IMG/VR virus record: IMGVR_UViG_3300030108_000061
Source of the DNA: an uncultured virus (IMG/VR IMGVR_UViG_3300030108_000061)
Taxonomy: Duplodnaviria > Heunggongvirae > Uroviricota > Caudoviricetes
Reading direction: 5' to 3' (one strand)
DNA: 64,000 bases
Every line of letters starts with the position of its first letter. The first letter of the stretch is position 1. Positions 44,932 to 55,068 of this stretch are shown here, piece after piece. The notes beneath the pieces were generated by a model, which worked only from the letters and a program-made list of their open reading frames with translations, made no database searches and was not told the DNA's origin. The translations under genes and the position numbers were made by a program.

Positions 44932-46067
44932 TGCCAAGGCTACCACGGTATGTACAAGAACGAGTGTCACCTTCTGGTGGCATCTCGTATCGTTTTAATC
45001 CACCACAGATACTAGTGGACGAAGGTGTAGTAAAAAGAGAGTCTTACGGGTCAGACTTAAAGCAGGTTCGTAAGATCGTCAAGCAACACAATGAAAACAT
45101 TGACAAATGGAGAGAAGAGCAGTTGATGACTGTTCGTATGAACAAGGTCACAGATCTGATCAACTTTTATTATCAATCTAATGATTTCAGTATGTTACGT
45201 GATACAACTAAAGTGGATTACCGATACTTCCTGACCATCTTGCACCAGACTATGGGCTGGCGTAAGTATGACAAGATTACACCTAAAATTGCCAAGCAAG
45301 CCTATGAAGATTGGGTTAGACGTGGCATCAGCTTTGCCAATCATGCAGCTACTTGTGCTAGTAGAGTATACAACTATGCAATAATGATGGAGTATGCTAC
45401 GCAGAATCCTTGGGCTAATATCAAACGCAAGACTAGTAAGCAACGTAAGGTTACGTGGTCACACGGTGAGATCATCAAGTTCCTTGACATGGCCTATACA
45501 GATTTTGAGTACAGGAACATAGGACTAATAGTCCAAATGGCTTACGAGTGGTGTCAGAGGTTAGGAGACATGCGCAATTTACAGTGGGACAATATAGACT
45601 TTACCTACGGTAGATTAGAACTAGAGCAAAGCAAACGCAGGGCAGAGGTAAGTCTGCCTATATCTGGTAATCTATTGCACATGTTACGAGAACAACGTGA
45701 AGACTTTGGATTCCAAAAATACGTAGCTCCACATCCTAGACCTGTGAACGGGGTGTACAGTCCGTATGCTATGGAACGGCTATCTAAGGTAGGTAGACGG
45801 GTCATGCGACTAGCTGGTTTACCAGAAGAGTTAAGACTTATGGACATACGTAGAACAGGAGTAACACAAATGGATAAGGAAGGTGTGCCGATTAACCAGA
45901 TTATGTCTGTTACAGGGCATAGCCATATGGCCTCTGTAAAGCCTTATTTAAAGCATTCTTATGATAGCGCAAACAGTGCCTTGACAATGCGCAATGTAAG
46001 TGTATCCTTGAGTGAAACGAACAACATAGAAAGTGATACATATGAGTGTAAGAAATATAATCAATGA
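44931..46067 (+). CDS. int: Tyrosine integrase/recombinase
   Basis: QRLGDM (R), QSKR (K), DIRRT (HxxR variant), TGH and downstream Y. Confidence 0.88.
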   Translation: MPRLPRYVQERVSPSGGISYRFNPPQILVDEGVVKRESYGSDLKQVRKIVKQHNENIDKWREEQLMTVRMNKVTDLINFYYQSNDFSMLRDTTKVDYRYFLTILHQTMGWRKYDKITPKIAKQAYEDWVRRGISFANHAATCASRVYNYAIMMEYATQNPWANIKRKTSKQRKVTWSHGEIIKFLDMAYTDFEYRNIGLIVQMAYEWCQRLGDMRNLQWDNIDFTYGRLELEQSKRRAEVSLPISGNLLHMLREQREDFGFQKYVAPHPRPVNGVYSPYAMERLSKVGRRVMRLAGLPEELRLMDIRRTGVTQMDKEGVPINQIMSVTGHSHMASVKPYLKHSYDSANSALTMRNVSVSLSETNNIESDTYECKKYNQ

Positions 46068-46833
46068 CATATCACTTAGTAATGGTGAGACAAAACGTAT
46101 GAACTGCCCTGAGTGTGGTGGCTACAAGACGTTTACCATTACAAACAATATGGGATCATTGTTGTGGAACTGCTACAAGGCAGGGTGTTCTGTGTCTGGG
46201 GGTAAACGTGTGCACCTATCTGCCGATGATATACGTAACTCCCTTGGTAGTGTTGCCAAAGAGACACACTCTGTAGGTTTTGAAAAACCTGATTGGATTG
46301 TAAAAGACTACAAAGCTATTGAGCATTTCTGTGTTCAGTGGGATATTGACCCCAACAAGTTGGGTCTGTTGTATGATGTGAAAGAACATCGTGTAGTGTT
46401 CCCTATTATGCAGGGCAATGTCATGGTAGATGCTACGGGACGTAGTTTGTCAAAAAGATTGCCTAAGTGGAAAAGATATGGAAAAAGTATGTTGCCATAC
46501 TCGTATGGTTGTGGTACAACTGCTGTAGTTGTTGAGGACTGTGTGAGTGCAGCTATTGTTGGTGCGACAGACAGACTTGGATGCTCTAGTGGTGGTGTAT
46601 ATGTCGGGGTAGCAGTGTTGGGTACATCACTATCGGAGGTACATAAGCAGTACTTATCACAGTTCTCAACGGCAGTGATTGCCCTAGACCCCGATGCCCT
46701 ACCAAAGACACTGGCTATTGCAAAAGAATTACGTGGTCATGTATCTAACGTAAAGGTGCTACGACTGCATGACGATCTAAAGTATCGTTACCAAACCGAC
46801 TTCGACGATTTACAACACTTAGGAGAAACATAA
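46033..46833 (+). CDS. DNA primase (zinc finger + TOPRIM)
   Basis: CPECGG...WNCYKAGC, VVVED and ALDPDA motifs. Confidence 0.85.
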   Translation: MIHMSVRNIINDISLSNGETKRMNCPECGGYKTFTITNNMGSLLWNCYKAGCSVSGGKRVHLSADDIRNSLGSVAKETHSVGFEKPDWIVKDYKAIEHFCVQWDIDPNKLGLLYDVKEHRVVFPIMQGNVMVDATGRSLSKRLPKWKRYGKSMLPYSYGCGTTAVVVEDCVSAAIVGATDRLGCSSGGVYVGVAVLGTSLSEVHKQYLSQFSTAVIALDPDALPKTLAIAKELRGHVSNVKVLRLHDDLKYRYQTDFDDLQHLGET

Positions 46834-48057
46834 ATGGAATTATCACTTGTACGTAGTTTGATGGACAAAGAGTTCTACGATGAGCATCGTGGTGCTAGAT
46901 GTCCTGACAGACTATTCAGTAAAGATGTACGTAAGATCAAGCAGTCTATTGATACTGCTATGGATCGTTATGAACGTACCGTAACACCAGATGAGATTGA
47001 AGCCCTGTTCATGGCTAACAATCCCACACTTACCACTGCACAAAAACAAGCATACTCACACTTGTTTATGCAAGTTAAACGTGAGACACCTATGGGCGGT
47101 GACGTAGCACAAGAGGTGCTATCTAAACTATTCCAACAAGTGGTGGGAGAGGACATTGCAAACCTTGGGTTTGACTATGTAAATGGTGACAAGTCTAGTC
47201 TTGAGCCACTACGTAATTTGCTTGAGCAATATGGTGATGACTTCACTCCAAACCTAAAGGTTGAGTGGGAAGACATTAGTCTTGATACTATACTTGCAAT
47301 GACTGACCTTGAGTCACAGTGGACATTTAACATACCCACACTTACTCGCAAAGTAGAGGGTGTAAATGCAGGTCACTTGATTGAGGTGGGTGCAAGACCA
47401 AACACAGGCAAGACCTCATTCCATGCCTCTCTTGTTGCCAGTGAGGGTGGTTTTGCATGGCAAGGTGCTAAATGTATTGTGTTGTGTAATGAAGAGGCTC
47501 ATTGGCGTGTAGCCCATCGTTACATTACAGCAGCTACAAACATGGACAAGCACAAAGTCAGTAAAAATAAAGATGTAGCTATGCGTGTATTTGATCAGAT
47601 ACGTAGTAAAATTATGTTTAAAGATTCATCTGGACGTGACATGAATTGGGTAGAGTCTGTGTGTAAATCATACAAGCCAGACATTGTGATCCTAGACATG
47701 GGTGACAAGTTTGCTAGGACTAGTGGCTTTGCTAGACCTGATGAAGCACTCAAGGCTAATGCTGTACATGCTAGGCAGATTGCCAAGCAGCATAATTGTG
47801 CTATCTTTTACATGTCTCAGCTATCGGCTGATGCAGAGGGTAAGGTCGTACTAAACCAAGCCATGATGGAAGGTAGTCGTACAGGTAAGGCAGCAGAGGC
47901 AGATCTAATGATTATGATTAGCAAGAACCCTACGGTAGAGGGGCAAGAAGAAGAGGATAATATGAGACACATTAACATTGTTAAAAACAAGTTGTCTGGT
48001 TGGCATGGCATAGTGCACTGTGACCTAGACTATCACACTGCGAGGTACATCCCATGA
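46834..48057 (+). CDS. Replicative SF4 (DnaB/T7 gp4-like) helicase
   Basis: Walker A GARPNTGKTS, NEE, ILD, SQLS and KNK motifs. Confidence 0.92.
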   Translation: MELSLVRSLMDKEFYDEHRGARCPDRLFSKDVRKIKQSIDTAMDRYERTVTPDEIEALFMANNPTLTTAQKQAYSHLFMQVKRETPMGGDVAQEVLSKLFQQVVGEDIANLGFDYVNGDKSSLEPLRNLLEQYGDDFTPNLKVEWEDISLDTILAMTDLESQWTFNIPTLTRKVEGVNAGHLIEVGARPNTGKTSFHASLVASEGGFAWQGAKCIVLCNEEAHWRVAHRYITAATNMDKHKVSKNKDVAMRVFDQIRSKIMFKDSSGRDMNWVESVCKSYKPDIVILDMGDKFARTSGFARPDEALKANAVHARQIAKQHNCAIFYMSQLSADAEGKVVLNQAMMEGSRTGKAAEADLMIMISKNPTVEGQEEEDNMRHINIVKNKLSGWHGIVHCDLDYHTARYIP

Positions 48058-48470
48058 AAAAATATCTTGATAAAATGCCTGATTTTTGTCTTAGTCACTG
48101 GCTTTTAAGAATACCCTTGGCTATTGTATTCATACAACAAGGTCTGTCTAAGTTCCCGATTACTGCTGACGACGCTAGTGCTTTCGATTTACCTTACATT
48201 GTGTGGTGGTTTGCGGCATACGGAGAGTTAGGGGCAGGTATAGGACTACTAGTGGGTGGTCTAATATCTTTTACCTACCTACACTTAGACCACCCTTGGG
48301 TAGAAGATATAGTAACAAGGTTTAGTGGTATAGTTATATGCTGTATTATGACAGGTGTGATATGGGTGGGCGAACCTGATAGCCTGTTGGATGTGTTACT
48401 ATATGATAACTTACATGTGTTATTGTGGGTTGGTGGTTTGTTCTTTGCACTCAGAGGTAGACTAGCATGA
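48054..48470 (+). CDS. DoxX-family membrane protein
   Basis: LLRIPLAIVFIQQGLSKF...AYGELGAGIGLLVG...TRFSG; four TM segments. Confidence 0.7.
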   Translation: MKKYLDKMPDFCLSHWLLRIPLAIVFIQQGLSKFPITADDASAFDLPYIVWWFAAYGELGAGIGLLVGGLISFTYLHLDHPWVEDIVTRFSGIVICCIMTGVIWVGEPDSLLDVLLYDNLHVLLWVGGLFFALRGRLA

Positions 48471-48737
48471 GAAGGTTTGACACCGTTGAATGCCCTTGGT
48501 GCAAAGAAATATTTAACTGGAAAAAGCATAATACTTGCCCACACTGCAAGGATAAATACCAGTGTGTTAGTTGTGGAGCACCAACTAAGAATACATGGTG
48601 CAGTTTTTGTTTGGAGGAAGAATGATGAGTGAACAATATCACATAAAGGGTGCCTTTGGTGCCTTCCTAGTGTGTGCCTTTTTAATTTTAGGTGTACCAA
48701 TAATACTTAACCTTTTATTTTGGCCTGATATAGGTGT

Positions 48738-49025
48738 TTGGAGTTTCTTACGATGAAGTGGTATGCAATAGTATTCTTTTTATCTTGGAATGAAGATGGA
48801 ACAAGAGACACGTTTGTGTTTACAAACCCAGTTTATAATACTGAGGCTGAATGTAGGGTTACACTCACTGACAGAACAAGCATAATGAATTATGTGCATG
48901 GATTAATGGTCTTCTACAATGGTATGCTACCTGGTGCAGTAGAGATGGTTAACTGCATAGATCAAAATGAGTTTGATGAACTTCAAGGATTGAAAAACCA
49001 ACAGGAGGGTAAAGTTGACGCCTAG
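48738..49025 (+). CDS. Hypothetical protein with hydrophobic N-terminus and two Cys (likely start ATG 48753)
   Basis: RBS GGAG before MKWYAIVFFL. Confidence 0.55.
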   Translation: MEFLTMKWYAIVFFLSWNEDGTRDTFVFTNPVYNTEAECRVTLTDRTSIMNYVHGLMVFYNGMLPGAVEMVNCIDQNEFDELQGLKNQQEGKVDA

Positions 49026-49230
49026 AGAAGCAGCACAAATAGAAGCAGAAAAAACTTTCGACTTGTTTATTCTGTGGTCAAAGAGGGCTTTCATTTACAG
49101 CACTATATTTTTGATGGTGGTTGTATTTGGTTGTAATAATGGTGTTGAAACAGGGCCAGATAAGTCAGGCTCTCAGTATAACGGTGAAGCATACTCACCA
49201 ATGAACTTAAATGCAAAGGATAAAAAATGA
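49015..49230 (+). CDS. Small membrane protein / possible lipoprotein
   Basis: TM segment ending VVFGCN; RBS GGAGG. Confidence 0.55.
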   Translation: MTPREAAQIEAEKTFDLFILWSKRAFIYSTIFLMVVVFGCNNGVETGPDKSGSQYNGEAYSPMNLNAKDKK

Positions 49231-49580
49231 GTAACAAATTAAAGGTTGTACCTTTGAGCATTGTTAGTATCTTTGATTTATTCAAAGAGACATGGAACAG
49301 TGTGATGACAATACAGGATTCTCCGTTGCGTCACATTCAAAGACTAGACCCGATGGCTGCACATGCAGTATTTCAAATACTAGCTTACATGTGGAGTGCA
49401 ATCTTTGCACTATGGATAGGTAACATGTTCTGGTTTGCAATCAGTGGGATGGGCCACTCTTTGGTAATCGGTGGCATATTTATTACTGCAATGGTTTATA
49501 AGGAAGCTGAGAAAAACTCTAAGGTAGATCCCACCGACAATGTAACCAGTGGCAGAATGTTTGGTGGAGAGCACGATTGA
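49227..49580 (+). CDS. Conserved membrane protein
   Basis: WNSVM....SPL.HI......H...Q.LA.MW..IF pattern; two TM segments. Confidence 0.65.
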   Translation: MSNKLKVVPLSIVSIFDLFKETWNSVMTIQDSPLRHIQRLDPMAAHAVFQILAYMWSAIFALWIGNMFWFAISGMGHSLVIGGIFITAMVYKEAEKNSKVDPTDNVTSGRMFGGEHD

Positions 49581-49589
49581 GGATTAATA

Positions 49590-49838
49590 ATGATACGACC
49601 AATGACAGACAAGGAACGACAAAGAGCAAAGGAGAAACAAGTAATGAACACGGCAAGCATGAGTGCAGAGATTCAGTTGTATAACGCAATGACTCGTAAT
49701 AAGCTGAACATAAAAGAGGCGATAGAAGCTATGAATCGTTATGCAAATGACAAGGACTTCCAAAAACAGCTTGACGATTATTATGGAAGTGAGCTATACA
49801 TAGCTGACGACTTTGAAGAAGTAACATCAGACCATTAG
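49590..49838 (+). CDS. Hypothetical protein
   Basis: RBS GAGG; MIRPMT..ER. Confidence 0.6.
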   Translation: MIRPMTDKERQRAKEKQVMNTASMSAEIQLYNAMTRNKLNIKEAIEAMNRYANDKDFQKQLDDYYGSELYIADDFEEVTSDH

Positions 49839-49845
49839 GAGAACA

Positions 49846-51897
49846 ATGAAACACCTAACCCTCGACATAGAAAACACAGTTACCAAACGTAACGGCAAGT
49901 TACACCTTGATCCGTTCGAACCTGAGAATACATTGGTTATGGTGGGTATGCTAGATGATCTTGGCAACGAAGCTATTGTGACATTTGATCACGCAGAGCA
50001 TTCACCCACACAAAGGGGAGCACAGATAGTACAAGACCTACTTGACTGTGCTCCTCTTCTTATTATGCACAATGCCGCACACGATCTTGTATGGCTATGG
50101 GAATCTGGATTTACCTATGGCGGTCCTATCTTTGATACCATGCTAGGTGAATACGTATTGCAACGTGGACAGAAAGAACCTCTGTCTCTTGAGGCATGTG
50201 CAGAAAGATATGAACTTGCTACACAGAAGCAGGACACCATGAAAGAGTGGTTGAAAGCTGGTAAGCAGGTACGTGACATGCCTTATACAGAACTATCAGA
50301 TTACCTATCTGCTGACCTTGCAGCTACACAACAATTGTATTTGCGTTTAGTGACACAGTACGAGGAGTGCAGTGCATTGGAAGGAACGATACGCCTGACT
50401 AATCAGCTTGCTGTACATCTGTCACGTATATACCAACGTGGTTTTGCTGTTGATATGTCTGTGTTAGATCAGGTTAGGCAAGAGTTTACAAAAGAACGTG
50501 ACGATCTTGTGTCTAGTCTTGAGGCACAGGTGATTGATCTTATGGGGTTTAGGCCAATCAATCTTAACAGTCCAGAGCAATTGTCTTGGGTTATTTACAG
50601 TTGTAAACCTAATGATAAAAAGACATGGCCTGATATGTTTGATCAACGAATGGATAGACAAGATGTGCAACATCAGATACGCAACAACAGCACTAGGCTT
50701 TACAAACAAAAGGCAAAGCAATGCAATGTGTGCAAAGGTAATGGGAAAATACGAAAGGTAAGGAAAGATGGAACACCATACGCAAGACTTAATAATTGCA
50801 CTACGTGTAATTCCAGTGGCTTTCTTTTTCTGGATACTAATGAGATAGCTGGACTACGATTTGGTAGAACTATTGATAATCCTAAGTGGATTAGTGCCAA
50901 TGGGTTTAGCACCAGCAAAGACATCCTAGTGTACCTAGAGGGTATTGCACGTAGTAAAGGTAATACAAAGGCAGAGAAGTTTTTATCCAGTGTTCGTAGA
51001 CTGTCAGCAGTGGAAACCTACCTGTCCAGTTTTGTAGAGGGTATTGCAACCCACGTCAAGTCTGATGGTAAACTTCACGTAAGGTTGTTGCAACATCGCA
51101 CAGGCACAGGCAGACTTTCAGGCGCTGATCCTAATATGCAGAACATGCCACGTGGCGGTACGTTTCCTGTCAAACGTGTATTCAAGTCACGATGGAATGG
51201 CGGCAGTGTGATGGAAGCTGACTTTGCCCAGCTTGAGTTTCGGGTGGCTGCATTCTTATCACAGGACAAGACTGCCATTAATGAAGTGACCACAGGGTTC
51301 GATGTACACTCGTACACTGCCAAGGTTATCTCTGATGCAGGTCAACCTATTAGCAGACAGGAGGCAAAGTCCCATACTTTCGCCCCTTTATATGGGGCAA
51401 GTGGCTTTGGTAGAACAAAAGCAGAGGCTGCTTACTATCAACAGTTTACCACAAAGTATAGTGGTATCGCCAAGTGGCATGAGTCATTGGCAAATGAAGC
51501 ATTACGTACAGGCAAGATCACTACACCATCTGGACGTGAGTTTGCTTTCCCTGATGTAGAACGTAGACATTATGGGGGTGTGACATTTTTCACACAGATT
51601 AAAAATTATCCTGTGCAATCGTTTGCCACGGCTGACATTGTACCTATATCTCTGATATACATTGACAAGATGCTAGAGATAAACAAACTAAACAGCTGCA
51701 TAGTCAATACTGTACATGACAGTATTGTTATTGACGTGCATCCAAAAGAGAGGGAGAAAGTTCTTAAAATTATAAATCGTACTAATGAAGTGCTAACATC
51801 CTTGATTAACAAACGTTGGGACATTAATTTAAATGTGCCTCTATTATTAGAAGCAAAAATTGGTCCGAATTGGCTTGACACAAAGGACGTAGCCTGA
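49846..51897 (+). CDS. polA: DNA polymerase A with 3'-5' exonuclease and inserted DnaJ-type zinc finger
   Basis: DIE, HNAAHD, TGRLS..DPNMQN, ADFAQLEFRV, KSHTFAPLYG, NYPVQ and VHDS motifs; insertion CNVCKGNG...CTTCNSSG. Confidence 0.95.
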   Translation: MKHLTLDIENTVTKRNGKLHLDPFEPENTLVMVGMLDDLGNEAIVTFDHAEHSPTQRGAQIVQDLLDCAPLLIMHNAAHDLVWLWESGFTYGGPIFDTMLGEYVLQRGQKEPLSLEACAERYELATQKQDTMKEWLKAGKQVRDMPYTELSDYLSADLAATQQLYLRLVTQYEECSALEGTIRLTNQLAVHLSRIYQRGFAVDMSVLDQVRQEFTKERDDLVSSLEAQVIDLMGFRPINLNSPEQLSWVIYSCKPNDKKTWPDMFDQRMDRQDVQHQIRNNSTRLYKQKAKQCNVCKGNGKIRKVRKDGTPYARLNNCTTCNSSGFLFLDTNEIAGLRFGRTIDNPKWISANGFSTSKDILVYLEGIARSKGNTKAEKFLSSVRRLSAVETYLSSFVEGIATHVKSDGKLHVRLLQHRTGTGRLSGADPNMQNMPRGGTFPVKRVFKSRWNGGSVMEADFAQLEFRVAAFLSQDKTAINEVTTGFDVHSYTAKVISDAGQPISRQEAKSHTFAPLYGASGFGRTKAEAAYYQQFTTKYSGIAKWHESLANEALRTGKITTPSGREFAFPDVERRHYGGVTFFTQIKNYPVQSFATADIVPISLIYIDKMLEINKLNSCIVNTVHDSIVIDVHPKEREKVLKIINRTNEVLTSLINKRWDINLNVPLLLEAKIGPNWLDTKDVA

Positions 51898-51903
51898 TAT
51901 AAC
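51875..51903 (+). promoter_or_regulatory. Sigma70-like promoter (copy 2)
   Basis: TTGACA-N17-TATAACTATA. Confidence 0.75.
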
Positions 51904-51938
51904 TATACATCTGTAACAAAAGAAAAGGAGATACATAT

Positions 51939-52835
51939 ATGACTATGGTAGAAACATTTAATACGGCAGACTACAATTCAATGGCAGTTACACTTGGGAT
52001 GGCTGCGGATAACAAACCATCCCGTGATAGCTCCACTCTTGCACGTTTACGTATTAATCACTCGCCTATTATGGGTGAGCAAGAAGTAAATGGCAAGAAG
52101 GTAAAGCTAGAGGTTGTAGCTGGCGGCACATACAAGTTGGAGATTCCTGATGGCCCAACTTATTATGCCGAATCTGCTACTATACGTCCGTACATGCAAC
52201 GGTTTATGTACAAACGTTTTGTAATGGGCAACGACTCTGCCCCTAATCGTTATGTCAAAACTATCATGGCAGATAACCTTAACATTGATCTAAAGGACAA
52301 TGATGGCGGTTTTAACTGTGGTAAACCTGCTGGTTGGATTGAAGACTTCAAGGCTTTGCCTCAGAAGACACAAGACTTGATCAGGCAGATCAAACGTGTA
52401 CGTGTAATGTTTGGAACTGTTACACTAGACAATCCAGTAGACTTGAATGGCAATCCTGTCAATCAAGAACTAACGGATACGCCATTTATATGGGAGATTG
52501 AGAATCGTGATGCCTTCAAGATGGCTGGTGGTATCTTTACTAAACTTGCTAAGATGCGTAGGCTACCACCTATGCACACCATCAAATCAGGCACACAAGA
52601 ACGTAGCTTACCTAATGGTAACAGCTTTTTCCTGCCTGAGTTGGAGCTTGACATCACTAACTCGTTAGACTTAGATGCAGAGGCACAAGAAATACTTACG
52701 AACTTCTTGGCTTGGATCGCAAACTATAACGAGTATATATCTAACGCATGGGATGAAAACGTGAGTAAGCACGAGGACATTCCATTTGGTGATGTAGATG
52801 ATATCATTGACGCAGACATGGAAGAATTTGCATGA
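51939..52835 (+). CDS. Putative ssDNA-binding/annealing protein (copy 2)
   Basis: Homolog of 140..1036. Confidence 0.6.
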   Translation: MTMVETFNTADYNSMAVTLGMAADNKPSRDSSTLARLRINHSPIMGEQEVNGKKVKLEVVAGGTYKLEIPDGPTYYAESATIRPYMQRFMYKRFVMGNDSAPNRYVKTIMADNLNIDLKDNDGGFNCGKPAGWIEDFKALPQKTQDLIRQIKRVRVMFGTVTLDNPVDLNGNPVNQELTDTPFIWEIENRDAFKMAGGIFTKLAKMRRLPPMHTIKSGTQERSLPNGNSFFLPELELDITNSLDLDAEAQEILTNFLAWIANYNEYISNAWDENVSKHEDIPFGDVDDIIDADMEEFA

Positions 52836-53692
52836 TCAATCATCCAGCCGAACTAAAGATACATCAGTATCTGGAGAACGCAGCCAATGGTAAGTCAGAG
52901 ATGTCTGACGAAACCATTGACCGTGTTGCTTCTGACGTTGCTGATGCGTTAAAAAGACAGTTTGGCTCTGGCAACAAACGTGATGCCTTTAGACTGAGGA
53001 TGTCCAACATTGGGCGTCCCACTTGCCAGCTTTGGTTTGATAAAAATAAACCTGAAAAGGCATTACCTAAACCGACTACATTTGTAATGAACATGATGAT
53101 CGGAGACATAGTTGAAGCAGTCTTCAAGGGTATTCTTAAAGAGGCTGATGTGGCCTTTAAAGATACCAATAGAGTTAGCCTTGCAGTTGGAGACATTGAT
53201 AGTACTTATATTTCTGGTTCTTATGATCTCATTGTAGATGAAGCGGTGGATGACATTAAGTCTGCGTCTGACTATAGCTACAAACATAAGTTTGATTCGT
53301 ACGAGTCGTTAGAAGAGAGTGATCCGTTTGGTTATATAAGCCAACTTGCAGGTTACGCACGTGCAGCAGGTAAAAAACTTGGTGGTTGGTGGGTAATTAA
53401 CAAGGCAAGCGGTCAATTTAAATATGTAAAGGCAAAGACAGATGTTCCAAGCCAGATAAATAAGATAAGAGATACGGTTGAAACATTAATTAAAAATGAT
53501 TTCAGTCGGTGCTTTTCCCCTATACCCGAAAAGTTTCGGGGGAAAGCAACGGGCAACTATATACTTGACGATAGTTGTAAATTCTGCGACTATAGGTTTG
53601 AGTGTTGGCCTAGCTTAAAAGAGATACCATCACGTGTATCACAAGCTAAAGTGCCACCAATTGTGCAATACGTAGAAAGGAGTGATGAATGA
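52832..53692 (+). CDS. PD-(D/E)xK / Cas4-like exonuclease (copy 2)
   Basis: Homolog of 1033..1887. Confidence 0.75.
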   Translation: MINHPAELKIHQYLENAANGKSEMSDETIDRVASDVADALKRQFGSGNKRDAFRLRMSNIGRPTCQLWFDKNKPEKALPKPTTFVMNMMIGDIVEAVFKGILKEADVAFKDTNRVSLAVGDIDSTYISGSYDLIVDEAVDDIKSASDYSYKHKFDSYESLEESDPFGYISQLAGYARAAGKKLGGWWVINKASGQFKYVKAKTDVPSQINKIRDTVETLIKNDFSRCFSPIPEKFRGKATGNYILDDSCKFCDYRFECWPSLKEIPSRVSQAKVPPIVQYVERSDE

Positions 53693-53916
53693 TTGGAGAT
53701 GATGAAATTAAGGAAATGCAGGATCACATTGCTGAAATGGAACGAGAACTTGCAATCAAAAAGAAGGCCGTTAGAGAGGCAAAGTACGCAGGACTACGTG
53801 CAGCTATGCAAGCTCGTAAAGAGGCAGATGAAGCTGTTAGACAAGAGTTAAAGGACTTAGGAGTAACACAAACTACATCCTTTGGAATGCCGTTTGACTT
53901 TCACTGGAGGTTCTAG
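53689..53916 (+). CDS. Hypothetical coiled-coil protein (copy 2)
   Basis: Homolog of 1890..2114. Confidence 0.75.
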   Translation: MIGDDEIKEMQDHIAEMERELAIKKKAVREAKYAGLRAAMQARKEADEAVRQELKDLGVTQTTSFGMPFDFHWRF

Positions 53917-54368
53917 TGAATCATAAGCAGTTCAAAGCTGCTATGAAGCAGGGGTATAGGAGTGGTCTTGAGATAAAAATAAAAGACTTCCTAAGAGAAA
54001 ACAAGATACCCATCAAGTATGAATGCTTAAAGATTGAGTGGGAAGATTTGATGTATCGCACCTATACCCCTGATTTTATTCTGCCTAATGGCATCATTAT
54101 TGAGGTCAAAGGTAGATTTACTGCAAGTGACAGACGTAAACATGTGTGTATCAAGAAACAACATCCTAAGTTGGATATTCGTTTTGTATTTGAGAGTAGT
54201 AGGCGCAAGTTAAGTAAAGGCGCTAAGTCTACATATGCCACGTGGTGTGAGCGCAATAAGTTTACGTACTGTGATCGTGTAATTCCTATGGAATGGCTAA
54301 AAGAAAAGGGTAAAAATATGCACCCTGAGTTCATACAATTTCCATTGAAAAAAGTAAAGAGAGGTTAG
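53916..54368 (+). CDS. T7 endonuclease I-like resolvase (copy 2)
   Basis: YRSGLE, YTPDF and EVKGRF motifs. Confidence 0.9.
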   Translation: MNHKQFKAAMKQGYRSGLEIKIKDFLRENKIPIKYECLKIEWEDLMYRTYTPDFILPNGIIIEVKGRFTASDRRKHVCIKKQHPKLDIRFVFESSRRKLSKGAKSTYATWCERNKFTYCDRVIPMEWLKEKGKNMHPEFIQFPLKKVKRG

Positions 54369-54369
54369 C

Positions 54370-54690
54370 ATGGGTACAGTATTTCAACAATTTGATGACA
54401 ACGATATATTGATACGTCTATCTCCCTTTCTTGATGATTCAGGTGGATGGACAGGCGAACTACTCGTAGGTATAGCAAGCTCAGAGGATAATGATCTAAC
54501 AGATAATGATTATTTTCATATTATGCAACTGGGGTCTATGTTATGTGCAGCCGTTCCTCTAATGGAAGAGAGTGAAACATTTAGAAAAATGCTTTACGAG
54601 TATACACAAAAAGTGTTAGAAGAGGAGAAGAAACAAAAAAAGAAATCAGTAGTAGAGAAACACGACAACATAATCAAAGTAAATTTTTGA
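54370..54690 (+). CDS. Hypothetical protein (copy 2)
   Basis: Homolog of 2568..2888. Confidence 0.75.
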   Translation: MGTVFQQFDDNDILIRLSPFLDDSGGWTGELLVGIASSEDNDLTDNDYFHIMQLGSMLCAAVPLMEESETFRKMLYEYTQKVLEEEKKQKKKSVVEKHDNIIKVNF

Positions 54691-54944
54691 AAGGAGCACG
54701 AATGTCTGACAATGTAAACAATCCAAAACACTACAACCAAGCAGGTATTGAATGCATTGACGCCATTCGTGCCGCCACTGGTGACGGTTTTGAATACTAT
54801 CTACAAGGTAATATACTAAAGTATTTGTGGAGATATCGGTACAAAAATGGGGTAGAAGATCTCAATAAAGCACAATGGTATCTCAAACTATTGATTGAGG
54901 AAAAAGATGCGAGTAAAAATATTTCTGACAATAGAACTGGATGA
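54687..54944 (+). CDS. DUF3310 protein (copy 2)
   Basis: Homolog of 2885..3142. Confidence 0.85.
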   Translation: MKGARMSDNVNNPKHYNQAGIECIDAIRAATGDGFEYYLQGNILKYLWRYRYKNGVEDLNKAQWYLKLLIEEKDASKNISDNRTG

Positions 54945-55065
54945 AGAAGATTATCCAATACCCGTAGATGGTATGGTAGAAGAAGATGTGGATGAGACTA
55001 TACGCAATCTTATCCATGATGTAGACGGTATGTCTGTCAAGTCTGTAAAAATAATAGTGGAGTAA
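54907..55065 (+). CDS. Small acidic hypothetical protein (copy 2, not in ORF track)
   Basis: Homolog of 3105..3263. Confidence 0.75.
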   Translation: MRVKIFLTIELDEEDYPIPVDGMVEEDVDETIRNLIHDVDGMSVKSVKIIVE

Positions 55066-55068
55066 ATT

